A DNA stretch of 58,420 bases, taken from a virus. Its lineage: Duplodnaviria; Caudoviricetes. The notes under the pieces were generated by a model. The model saw only the letters and a program-made list of their open reading frames with translations, was not told where the DNA came from and made no database searches. Position numbers and translations under genes: made by a program. The stretch lies in IMG/VR virus record IMGVR_UViG_3300012936_000015, positions 1 through 58,420 of that record; one strand, given 5' to 3'. Of the stretch, positions 48,253-56,363 are shown one piece after another (positions within the stretch are counted from its first letter, which is position 1; the number at the start of each line of letters is the position of its first letter).

Positions 48253-48815
48253 TTTACTTTTCCGTTTTGAATATAAATACTTTCAGGCTTTCTAATTGAC
48301 TGCCCATTTAAATTAAACATAATATTACTACCTTTTGAATCTTCAATTATTTCTATAATATTAGTGTTACATGGTAGCCCTGTATCACAATCAATAAACT
48401 CTTCTATATATATCCACTCTGTTTCTGTTATATACAAAGTGTCTAATATATCTTCATAAACATATACTGTATCTATTTCAGTAATAGTATTAGTTATAAA
48501 TACAGTATCAGTTAAATTAATATATTCTATTACATCTACATATACCGTATCACATTCTATTATCTCTATAGCACAATCAACAATAGATGTTGGGCCTTCT
48601 GTGTTTTCATCTGAAGCATCTACACAATCTTCCCATCCATCATTTATCCAAGAAGCTTGAACGCAACCATTAGGGCTATACTCTGTCCAATTATTTTCAT
48701 CATCACCACAATAAAAGCCACCTGCTTGTGAACACACCAAACAATTATTATTGTATTCTTGTGAAAACAAGAACCCGCTAAACAAAGTAAATAGTAGTAA
48801 TATGTATTTTTTCAT
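48240..48815 (-). CDS. Secreted protein with an LDL-receptor class A-like module, DTV repeats and a T9SS-CTD-like tail
   Basis: Signal peptide; C..FYC...GCVQASWINDGWEDCVDASDE; FNLNGQ...IYIQNGKVKWLK C-terminus. Confidence 0.65.
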   Translation of the reverse strand: MKKYILLLFTLFSGFLFSQEYNNNCLVCSQAGGFYCGDDENNWTEYSPNGCVQASWINDGWEDCVDASDENTEGPTSIVDCAIEIIECDTVYVDVIEYINLTDTVFITNTITEIDTVYVYEDILDTLYITETEWIYIEEFIDCDTGLPCNTNIIEIIEDSKGSNIMFNLNGQSIRKPESIYIQNGKVKWLK

Positions 48816-48817
48816 AC

Positions 48818-49834
48818 TTAAAAGAATAAATAGTTAAACCCAAATTTTAATTCATATACAGGTTTCATCCAATACCTCTGGTGTGTTCCTTCTACAAAGA
48901 TTCCTAAGTTCTTTGTTATACGTGAACCAAACACAACTCCTGCATCCCATTCCGCCCAATCACTGTTCTCGACTCCATACTCAAATGAGTAATCATCAAG
49001 CCCATAATGCAAAGGTAGTAAATTATACCATATATGAATCCATAGTTTTGGAGTCCATTTATAGTATGAAACGCCTAAAACAGCGCTAATTTCGTTTTGA
49101 TTGCCTAATTTTTCTAGTTCTTTCTCGTTAAAAGACGCAACTGCGTTGCCAAAATAATGTTTGTAAAACTCATCATTTGATGTTGCAATAAGCTCTTCAC
49201 CACTAAACCAATGCCAATCTCCTCCTACAAATTGCCTACTGTAACCAAAGTCTGCAGCCAACTCAACAAAAGTAGTTTCACCTGGAGTCCAAAAGTCTTC
49301 TATAGGATTAACTCCGTATACAGGGTGGTTACGAAAACATACACCTGCAGTAAAATCCCATGACCCCTTCGTAATTCTAAACCGACTATCCAAAGATGTG
49401 TATTCTAAATTTACTCTTTGATTGTCGGTGTATTGTATTTTAGAAACTGTTTTATCTCCGAGATAACGTAACCAAAAATTAGCATTATTAAATGTTTCAC
49501 CACGATGGCGTATAAAAGAATAATTAAGGAGATACTCCCAACCATTAGCGTTCCCAACAGTAACGTTGTCTGAAACAGTTCTTTCAGTACCGTAGTACCA
49601 CGTTTTAACTTTATATTCATAATCAAATCTAGCAATTTTTCTAATACCTATAGTTAAATTGTAGTCATAGGGGTTAATTTTTGTTACATCTTCATACCCT
49701 CTATCAATAGCTATATAGTTTTCTCTTTCCACCATAGACGTTCCCATAGTAAAAGAAGTATATAGTGTAGAGTATTTAAAAAATTGTCCAAAAGAAAGTA
49801 ATGGAAATAATAGTAATAGCAATAATATTTTCAT
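48818..49834 (-). CDS. Putative outer-membrane beta-barrel protein
   Basis: Signal peptide; alternating aromatic/hydrophobic beta-strands; C-terminal YELKFGFNYLFF beta-signal-like end. Confidence 0.65.
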   Translation of the reverse strand: MKILLLLLLFPLLSFGQFFKYSTLYTSFTMGTSMVERENYIAIDRGYEDVTKINPYDYNLTIGIRKIARFDYEYKVKTWYYGTERTVSDNVTVGNANGWEYLLNYSFIRHRGETFNNANFWLRYLGDKTVSKIQYTDNQRVNLEYTSLDSRFRITKGSWDFTAGVCFRNHPVYGVNPIEDFWTPGETTFVELAADFGYSRQFVGGDWHWFSGEELIATSNDEFYKHYFGNAVASFNEKELEKLGNQNEISAVLGVSYYKWTPKLWIHIWYNLLPLHYGLDDYSFEYGVENSDWAEWDAGVVFGSRITKNLGIFVEGTHQRYWMKPVYELKFGFNYLFF

Positions 49835-49959
49835 CGTCCTTGACCTCTATAAAGTTTTACATAATTAGTAGCTCCCTTTGTAGGTGAAGACTTGCTTTTG
49901 CTGTGTCTTTTGTGCTTGGTCTTTTTGTTGGGTTGAAACCGAAATACGTTTTTTGCCAT
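49831..49959 (-). CDS. Small basic peptide ending YRGQGR (42 aa)
   Basis: Hand-translated MAKNVFRF...KLYRGQGR*; ATGA overlap with the barrel gene. Confidence 0.75.
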   Translation of the reverse strand: MAKNVFRFQPNKKTKHKRHSKSKSSPTKGATNYVKLYRGQGR

Positions 49960-50018
49960 CTTTTATAAAGTATTTTATTTTATAATTACCCCCCAATGTT
50001 ACTCCTGTTGTCCACATA

Positions 50019-50594
50019 TTAATTAAATATAGCGTGAATTGTGCCTGTAAATACAGGAGTTCTCCTTAAAAACATAGCCTGAAGTGGTATTAGTTGTGAC
50101 ACAGAACCTGTCGGCAGTGCTGTATCAGCTGTTAGGGTTATACTATCAAATAACTCAGTCATTATATTAAAATTTGCAGAAGCAGCAGAATTAGTTTTAC
50201 ACGTTACATATAAATTACAAGGTCTGGTATTTCTTTTAAATATCATTACACTACCTCCTACAAAACCAACACGGTCACTTAACTTAAGCGTGGTTTGATT
50301 TACTACCTCCACAATGGTGCTATAAGAACTATATCTTGGATTATAAAATGTATCACCAATTTCAAAAACTCCATTTCTTAACTCAGTTTCAAATTCTGGT
50401 GAAGCGCCTGGAGGGCCTACTGTAACCTCTGTATTAGGAACAGCTCCCCCAACTACCGTTATATTACCATAAGCCTTTATCAAGTTTGCAGGATTAGGTA
50501 TGGGAGTGCTTGATGAGCCTTCACTACCACTAGCTGAATGAGCACTATCAAGTATTTTTATTATTCTTGTTCCGTATGAATTTGTTATTGCCAT
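50019..50594 (-). CDS. Hypothetical (possible structural) protein
   Basis: 191-aa beta-rich ORF. Confidence 0.75.
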   Translation of the reverse strand: MAITNSYGTRIIKILDSAHSASGSEGSSSTPIPNPANLIKAYGNITVVGGAVPNTEVTVGPPGASPEFETELRNGVFEIGDTFYNPRYSSYSTIVEVVNQTTLKLSDRVGFVGGSVMIFKRNTRPCNLYVTCKTNSAASANFNIMTELFDSITLTADTALPTGSVSQLIPLQAMFLRRTPVFTGTIHAIFN

Positions 50595-50608
50595 GTCTAT
50601 ATTTTTAT

Positions 50609-50827
50609 TTATTTATCATAAGGAAAAATTCTGTTTAAGGTGTCTCTTCGTTTACCACACCCGCAATCTTTTCCTGTTGCTTTTGCTACCGCATCTACAG
50701 CTTTTTTTATTCCTGTAGCTTTGGTAAATTTCTCTATTGTATCCCCCAACCCTCGACTCCTTTGGTTAGAAGGTACATAATCATTTGCTTTAGGAGCTAA
50801 GCCTAATAAATGTCTTCTTGTGGGCAT
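50609..50827 (-). CDS. Small phage protein (GLGDT...DCGC motif)
   Basis: SRGLGDTIEKFTKATGIK...DCGCGKRRDTLN; ATG at 50827. Confidence 0.78.
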   Translation of the reverse strand: MPTRRHLLGLAPKANDYVPSNQRSRGLGDTIEKFTKATGIKKAVDAVAKATGKDCGCGKRRDTLNRIFPYDK

Positions 50828-50829
50828 AC

Positions 50830-50997
50830 TTAACAATTACAATTTTTATTAAAACCTATGTTAAATATAATAAATTTAGCACATCCTCTTGACATGTCTC
50901 CTTTGATTTCTAACAAAGTCAACCCTCCTATTCTGCACTCTATTGCTATTTTATCCCACTGTCTTGCGTTACTTGAAAAATAATTTACAAATTTCAT
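50830..50997 (-). CDS. Small hypothetical protein (55 aa)
   Basis: Hand-translated MKFVNYF...NKNCNC*; fills the gap between neighbours with 2-3 nt spacing. Confidence 0.65.
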   Translation of the reverse strand: MKFVNYFSSNARQWDKIAIECRIGGLTLLEIKGDMSRGCAKFIIFNIGFNKNCNC

Positions 50998-51000
50998 ATT

Positions 51001-51468
51001 TTATTTTTTTAATTTTTTTCTTTTTAACCCTACTCTTTGTGTTTTAGGAACACCTTTGTAGCTTTTCTTTTTAACTCTTCTACCCTTTAAAGTATCAACA
51101 GTCTTACTCGTCTCCATGTGTTTTCTGTTGTATTTTAAAACTTTTTTGCTCTTTGCTGTTGGCCCTTTTATCTTTTGTTTTACAACTCTTCTTTCTGTTA
51201 ACGTTCCCTCTTTAGGTCTATCTACCTGAACCTGTTTCATCCCCCCTTGTGTTTTTACAACTTTTCTTTTTCTGCCCGTTATAGGATTTTTATATCTTCT
51301 AGTGGTAACTGTTCTTCCAAATACATCTTTTGATTTGGTTTGTTTATATACAGGCTTAACTGCTTTTTTAACTGCGGCAGCAGTTTTTTTAGCAGCAGTC
51401 TTTATGCCTTTTCGCGCTTTACGCAAAGCATTACCTACTTTAGTGCCCCCTGGTTTTTTCTTAGCCAT
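51001..51468 (-). CDS. Lys/Arg-rich basic protein
   Basis: 155 aa; histone-H1-like KTAAKKTAAAVKKAVK. Confidence 0.75.
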   Translation of the reverse strand: MAKKKPGGTKVGNALRKARKGIKTAAKKTAAAVKKAVKPVYKQTKSKDVFGRTVTTRRYKNPITGRKRKVVKTQGGMKQVQVDRPKEGTLTERRVVKQKIKGPTAKSKKVLKYNRKHMETSKTVDTLKGRRVKKKSYKGVPKTQRVGLKRKKLKK

Positions 51469-51476
51469 TTTTATTA

Positions 51477-51677
51477 TTATTTATTTTTACAACCAAAATT
51501 TTTAGCGTAATTAGCCATCTTAACTACACTTTCTGTATACTTTTTAGTATTCTTCATTACAGCATCGGCAGCGGAACAGGCATCTTTGAACCCGTTCCTT
51601 TTTGCCCATGATGTGAATTTCCCTTCATTTTTTTCTTTTATGGCGGGAAATTTCTTAGTTCTGCCCTTCATCGCCAT
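51477..51677 (-). CDS. Small basic protein
   Basis: IKEKNEGKFT.WAK...KMANYAKN pattern. Confidence 0.75.
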   Translation of the reverse strand: MAMKGRTKKFPAIKEKNEGKFTSWAKRNGFKDACSAADAVMKNTKKYTESVVKMANYAKNFGCKNK

Positions 51678-51931
51678 TACGACTTGCGCATTACTCCTGT
51701 TCTATTACTACCAACTTTAGTTTTAAAAGCATATTCTAATTTGCTTTTTACACTTTTTGGATAGTGCTTGTCTTCCATCATTGAATGGTTGCCCATATAA
51801 GCGTGACCATATTTTGACTTAGACATTCCTTTAGACTCGTCTCTTCTAGACTTCATAGATTGCTTGTGAGAACCTTTATGTTTCATTCCCAAAGACTCAT
51901 CTAATCTTGCGTTATAACCTTGATGTTTCAT
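51677..51931 (-). CDS. Small basic protein
   Basis: QGYNARLDESLG...SRRDESKGM. Confidence 0.75.
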   Translation of the reverse strand: MKHQGYNARLDESLGMKHKGSHKQSMKSRRDESKGMSKSKYGHAYMGNHSMMEDKHYPKSVKSKLEYAFKTKVGSNRTGVMRKS

Positions 51932-51949
51932 TTTTTAACAATTTATTAA

Positions 51950-52114
51950 TTAGTACGTACTTTTCATTTCACTTCCATAACCTGGATTCATTTTTAATGA
52001 ACCGTTATTTAATTTAGCAAACTCATTGGCTTGAGCTTTCCCAACTGTGTTGTATGGAAATTTTTTTACTTTCATTTTGCCCGTATCCGGACAACTGTAT
52101 TTTACTGTTGGCAT
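51950..52114 (-). CDS. Small basic protein (54 aa)
   Basis: Hand-translated MPTVKYSCPDTGKMKVKKFPYNTVGK...STY*; TATCTTTG element upstream. Confidence 0.7.
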   Translation of the reverse strand: MPTVKYSCPDTGKMKVKKFPYNTVGKAQANEFAKLNNGSLKMNPGYGSEMKSTY

Positions 52115-52147
52115 ATTATATATTTTTATTTTACAAAGATAACAAAA

Positions 52148-52567
52148 TTATGCTTTCTTCTTTTTATCTTTTTTATTTAAACTCTTACTTGTAGCGCTAA
52201 TAGTTCTAATAGCTTCTCCAAACTTACCCTGTTTAATATTTTTTACAGTGTCTTTTGCTCCTTTATAAACTTTATAGGCATTAGTATCTTTAGCCTTATT
52301 AACCTTATCTACTACTTTTTTAACAACCTTACCTACTTTAGTATTTTTTGCTTTTTCTACTTTTGCTTTTACTTTGTCAGCAGCCTGTTCTATTCCTGTT
52401 TTACCGGTAGTTTTCTTTATAAACTTCCTAGTTGTTTTTCTATTTTCTTTAGCCTTTTTTTTATCATCTTTAGACATTAAGACTTTACCTTTCTTAGCTT
52501 TTTTAATAGCTCTTTTTTCAAATCTTTCTTCTCTTTTAGCGCGTAATTTATCTCCGAATCTACTCAT
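52148..52567 (-). CDS. Lys-rich basic protein
   Basis: 139 aa; starts MSRFG like the upstream gene. Confidence 0.75.
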   Translation of the reverse strand: MSRFGDKLRAKREERFEKRAIKKAKKGKVLMSKDDKKKAKENRKTTRKFIKKTTGKTGIEQAADKVKAKVEKAKNTKVGKVVKKVVDKVNKAKDTNAYKVYKGAKDTVKNIKQGKFGEAIRTISATSKSLNKKDKKKKA

Positions 52568-52571
52568 AGTT

Positions 52572-52793
52572 TTATATTTTTCTACCTGTATAGGTTTTCT
52601 TTTTACCTTTTTCTTTTAATTTATCTTTAGTTGCTTTGACTATTTTTTTTCCTAACTTATAACCTGCTTTAGCCATTGTATATGCTGACTTTAAAGGGTT
52701 AGGTGCTGTGCCTGTATACATAGCTCTAGACGTATCAAGCTTTTCAGTAGCATACTTTTTTTTCTCTTTTTGTTTATTACCAAATCTACTCAT
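52572..52793 (-). CDS. Lys-rich basic protein
   Basis: 73 aa; starts MSRFG. Confidence 0.7.
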   Translation of the reverse strand: MSRFGNKQKEKKKYATEKLDTSRAMYTGTAPNPLKSAYTMAKAGYKLGKKIVKATKDKLKEKGKKKTYTGRKI

Positions 52794-52794
52794 G

Positions 52795-53052
52795 TTACAT
52801 TTTTTGTTTGGTTCGCTTACCTCTAAAATAATTTACTTCTTTTCTCTTTTTTCCTTTTTTATCAAACTTCTCAACTTTTCTTAAATTATTAACTGCGTTA
52901 TTTCTTTTTACTTTAGTAACTACTTTTTTAACACTTCCATCTTTTCTTTTTTTCACTTTTATTTTCGCAGATTCTCCATCCATCTTAGCTTCATATTTTA
53001 AAGTTTTATTGTTTTTTCTTTTTTTATCTCTTAGTTTTTTTAATATAGCCAT
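52795..53052 (-). CDS. Lys-rich basic protein
   Basis: 85 aa, extremely Lys/Arg-rich. Confidence 0.7.
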   Translation of the reverse strand: MAILKKLRDKKRKNNKTLKYEAKMDGESAKIKVKKRKDGSVKKVVTKVKRNNAVNNLRKVEKFDKKGKKRKEVNYFRGKRTKQKM

Positions 53053-53054
53053 AG

Positions 53055-53195
53055 TTATTTCTTTTTATTTTTAGCAATGAATTTTGCTTTAGGGTCTGCT
53101 GCAGTAATATTTGGATTATTGTCTAATCCATATTTTACACTCTGCATGCCAAGGTTGTTTTTCTTGCCATTCATTTTTTTTCCAAGTTTTGACAT
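53055..53195 (-). CDS. Small basic protein (46 aa)
   Basis: Hand-translated MSKLGKKMNGKKNNLGMQSVKYGLDNNP...KKK*. Confidence 0.7.
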   Translation of the reverse strand: MSKLGKKMNGKKNNLGMQSVKYGLDNNPNITAADPKAKFIAKNKKK

Positions 53196-53202
53196 AATAG
53201 TT

Positions 53203-53221
53203 TATCTTTGTAGCAAAGTTA
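53203..53221. promoter_or_regulatory. Overlapping opposed -7 elements
   Basis: TATCTTTG on + (53203-53210) and TAACTTTG on - (53214-53221) between divergent genes. Confidence 0.7.
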
Positions 53222-53236
53222 ATAAAATAAAATTTA

Positions 53237-53671
53237 ATGAATTCGAATTACCTAAAGTATTGGAGAGTCATAAGATACTTCATAAAATCTAAGTATAAAC
53301 TTACACAAGCTGACTTAGACATTTTAATTTTTCTTTATGATGAGAGTTATTTTTCTAAAGACAAATTCAAAGAGTTTGACGAGCTGCTCAGTTGGAACAT
53401 AAATAGATTTGATAACTTACTCAGAGATGGGTGGATACAAGTATTTAGAAAATACGATGGTAAAAGAAAAGCTCTCTATACTTTATCTTATAAGTCAATA
53501 AGAATGATTAGTTCTATATATAAAAAATTAAGTGGGGAAGAGATACCCACTAGTCCTTCAGCCAATCCTATGTTTAAAAGAAAAGTTTCTTATAGCGACA
53601 AGGTTTATAGAAATATGATAATAGAAATGAACAGGATTATAAAACAACAACGACATTCATCTGACGAATAA
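53237..53671 (+). CDS. Winged-HTH (MarR-like) transcriptional regulator
   Basis: KYKLTQADLDILIFL...LLRDGWI...LYTLSYK pattern; only credible + strand gene inside the late arc. Confidence 0.6.
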   Translation: MNSNYLKYWRVIRYFIKSKYKLTQADLDILIFLYDESYFSKDKFKEFDELLSWNINRFDNLLRDGWIQVFRKYDGKRKALYTLSYKSIRMISSIYKKLSGEEIPTSPSANPMFKRKVSYSDKVYRNMIIEMNRIIKQQRHSSDE

Positions 53672-53894
53672 TAGCTACCACCTCATTGTTTAGTAACATG
53701 GTGTGTCCTGAGTTCTGGTCATAGTATATCTCGTCACCTTCCTTTATAATCTCAACATCTGTACCTACGTTTAACACTTTACCTTTTCTATATCTTAACT
53801 TAGACGTTTCTTCTCCTGAAAGTAAAAGGCCTGACTGCGTAGTTACTTCTTCATCTATTGGTTTTATTATAATATATGTTCCTATTGCTTGCAT
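53637..53894 (-). CDS. groES: Co-chaperonin GroES
   Basis: IIKP, mobile loop TTQSGLLL, GKVLNVG and IKEGDEIYY. Confidence 0.92.
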   Translation of the reverse strand: MQAIGTYIIIKPIDEEVTTQSGLLLSGEETSKLRYRKGKVLNVGTDVEIIKEGDEIYYDQNSGHTMLLNNEVVAIIRQMNVVVVL

Positions 53895-55504
53895 GTTGTA
53901 TCGTATGAACGTGCCATTGTAATAATAGCGTTAGTACTAAGTATGGTGTTTGCTACCGATATTGCGTTACTTAATGCACTTACAGTAACTTTAGTAGGGT
54001 CTATAACTCCTAAATCTATCATTTTACCCTTTTTTTCTGTTACTACATTATATCCTTCGCCTTTTCCAAGTTTAGATGATAGGTAAATATCTTCTATATT
54101 TAACCCTGCATTTTCAAGTATTTGTTTTAATGGAGACAATAAAGAGTCTAATAAAATTGCGTAAGCAATTTTTTCGGCATCAGATTTTCCACTTTTTAGT
54201 TCTGAAGAAATATTCATCAAGGCTACTCCACTACCTGGCAATATCCCGTCAGATAAAGCAGAACGAACCGCACAAACTGCATCATCTACCCTGTCATACA
54301 GTTCTTTTTGCTCTAAATCAGTATTACCTCCTACATGTATAACCCCTACACCTCCGGTCAATGAGGCTATACGTGATAGTATAAACTCTCTATCAGCTTT
54401 GGTCTTAGCTCTTTTGTGAGCATCTTTTAACTCAGACACTCTGCCCTCTAACTTTTCTTGATGCTCCTCATCTTTTGGTGAACAAAGGACGACAGTGGAG
54501 TCTCTCCCAACTATCACCTTGGACGCTCTCCCTAAATCGGAGAAGTTTACAATACTCAAGTCGTCCCCTGTTTTCTCAGAAAAATAAGTTGCACCTACTG
54601 ACATGGCTATGTCTTGCATTAACTCATGAGTTTTCCAACCAAATGAGGGTGGTGGTATAACACACACCTTCAATCCTCTTTTCATAACGTTAGCCGCTAA
54701 CGTATTAACAACATTAGCTGAACATGGAGCTATAATAAGTAGTTTTTTACCTTCTTGAATAATTGGTTTTAATATTCCTTCTATATTTAATACATTACTT
54801 ATCTCTGCATCAGACACAAGTATGTTAACATTTTCTAATATACACTCGTCTTTCTTTTGATTATTAACAAAAAGAGTGCTTGAATAACCCCTATCTATCT
54901 TTATTCCTTCAGTGGTTTCAGAATAAGTTTCTGAATTAGAAGACTTTTCCACTGTCACTATCCCGTTTTCTCCTACCACATTGTAAGTTTCAGATATTAT
55001 ATTTCCAACAAACTCATCATTGTTAGCAGAAATAGTAGCCACATGGTTAATAGTATTCTTGTCCACTTTGACACTATCTCTTTTTAACATCTCAATTATT
55101 TGAATAGTATATGAAGATAGTGCTCTAATAACTTCAGTAACACTAACATCAGGGTTCTTACCTAATAGTCTTGTAGTATTCTTAACTATAGACTCAGTTA
55201 AAACAATAGCCGTGGTTGTTCCGTCTCCGGCTAAAGTAGCTGTTCTTTCAGCAGCTTGTTTCATTATTCTAACTGCTAAGTTTTCAACAGGGTCAAGAAG
55301 CTCAACTGCTTTTGCAACTGTCACTCCGTCTTTGGTAACAGTAATGCTTGCCGTATGGTCTGGTGATTCTATAAGCACAGTATTGCCTCGCGGCCCTAAC
55401 GTGCTCTTTACTGCATTTGCAATTTTAGTAATTCCTTTGATTAATTTATCTCGACCTTCCGAACCGAAGTCAAGCTCCTTGGGGATGTATCCTGTATTAT
55501 TCAT
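53882..55504 (-). CDS. groEL: Chaperonin GroEL
   Basis: STLGPRG, TKDGVTVAK, AGDGTTTA, GVIDPTKV; no GGM tail. Confidence 0.97.
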   Translation of the reverse strand: MNNTGYIPKELDFGSEGRDKLIKGITKIANAVKSTLGPRGNTVLIESPDHTASITVTKDGVTVAKAVELLDPVENLAVRIMKQAAERTATLAGDGTTTAIVLTESIVKNTTRLLGKNPDVSVTEVIRALSSYTIQIIEMLKRDSVKVDKNTINHVATISANNDEFVGNIISETYNVVGENGIVTVEKSSNSETYSETTEGIKIDRGYSSTLFVNNQKKDECILENVNILVSDAEISNVLNIEGILKPIIQEGKKLLIIAPCSANVVNTLAANVMKRGLKVCVIPPPSFGWKTHELMQDIAMSVGATYFSEKTGDDLSIVNFSDLGRASKVIVGRDSTVVLCSPKDEEHQEKLEGRVSELKDAHKRAKTKADREFILSRIASLTGGVGVIHVGGNTDLEQKELYDRVDDAVCAVRSALSDGILPGSGVALMNISSELKSGKSDAEKIAYAILLDSLLSPLKQILENAGLNIEDIYLSSKLGKGEGYNVVTEKKGKMIDLGVIDPTKVTVSALSNAISVANTILSTNAIITMARSYDTTCKQ

Positions 55505-55571
55505 TAATTTAAATTTAAGTTTAATTTACTGCAAATATAGGAATTATTTTCTTATACCACTAACTTTAGTT

Positions 55572-55732
55572 ATGTCAAAATTTTTTACTCTATTTATATA
55601 TATATATTTTCCCTCCTTATTAAAAAAAAATTCATAAAAAAACCTTCTCCAAATTGACATTTTCGACACTACCCTTGATTATCAGTTAGTTAGCTATCTA
55701 TTTTCGACACTAAAATCGACACTAATAGTGTC
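55572..55732. other. Putative replication-origin module B
   Basis: Same motif order and spacing as 6618-6777, with IHF-like TATCAGTTAGTTA. Confidence 0.6.
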
Positions 55733-55823
55733 AATAATTAACACTATTTTTGCAATATGGCTATAGATATAACAAATTACTTATATATACTTATAATGAT
55801 TATTATGTTTTTGTTGGGGCTAT

Positions 55824-55850
55824 AAAAGAAAAGGGAGCATATAGCTCCCT
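55824..55850 (-). terminator. Rho-independent terminator
   Basis: AGGGAGC/GCTCCCT stem; the A-rich run gives a U-tract on the - strand. Confidence 0.75.
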
Positions 55851-55876
55851 AATCCGTGTCAAACAAAGGGGTAAAA

Positions 55877-56083
55877 TTATTTCTTAAACAATTTCTTCAT
55901 AGAAGACATCATCTCTTCTTTCATTTGCTTTTGTTGCTCTGCAAGTTCTATACCCGCAGCAATATCTCTTATCAAGCTTGAGCTCTTCATTGCTCGTCTC
56001 ATTTTAGCGGCACGAGTAATTCCCATTTCTGAATCAGGTCTGTCATTTACTAACCTGCCGTTTTTTATATGTAGTCCGTCCAT
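55877..56083 (-). CDS. Hypothetical protein (68 aa)
   Basis: MDGLHIKNGRLVNDRP...; TATCTTTG element upstream and its own terminator. Confidence 0.7.
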   Translation of the reverse strand: MDGLHIKNGRLVNDRPDSEMGITRAAKMRRAMKSSSLIRDIAAGIELAEQQKQMKEEMMSSMKKLFKK

Positions 56084-56272
56084 AGTAGTGTTATTTATCT
56101 GTGATATACAAAGATACAAAAATTTATTAGATATATGTAGTGTTTAGGCTCCCCCCCATCCTACACCTACCACCGCCCACAGCAAACCGATTTTTTTTTA
56201 GGGGGTGGGGGTTGTTTTTTTGTCCGTTAGTCTCAATTTTTTTGGAATTTTTGCCGGCTCTGTATCTCTGTT

Positions 56273-56292
56273 AGTGTCTCTTTAAGGATACA
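56273..56292. repeat. Palindrome-family copy AGTGTCTCTTTAAGGATACA (inverted relative to the 79-101 and 58329-58351 copies)
   Basis: Reverse complement matches TGTATCTTTAAAGAGACAC with one mismatch. Confidence 0.85.
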
Positions 56293-56337
56293 AACCACAC
56301 CGAACAACGCGAACCCCTTCCCCTCTCTCTCTGTTGT

Positions 56338-56363
56338 CCCCTTCCCCCTTTCCCCCCTTCCCC
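56338..56363 (-). other. G-quadruplex-forming tract
   Basis: The - strand reads GGGG-AA-GGGGGG-AAA-GGGGG-AA-GGGG. Confidence 0.65.

Noticed and set aside
49976-50017. 13-codon ORF MWTTGVTLGGNYK on the - strand
   Set aside because: Starts 1 nt after the upstream stop and could be a gene remnant, but is too short to support.
14971-55637. Short + strand ORFs opposite the late genes (e.g. 16165-16554, 39953-40291, 53077-53292, 55212-55637)
   Set aside because: Antisense shadows with Phe/Leu/Ser-rich composition expected from the A-rich coding strand; only 53237-53671 is credible.
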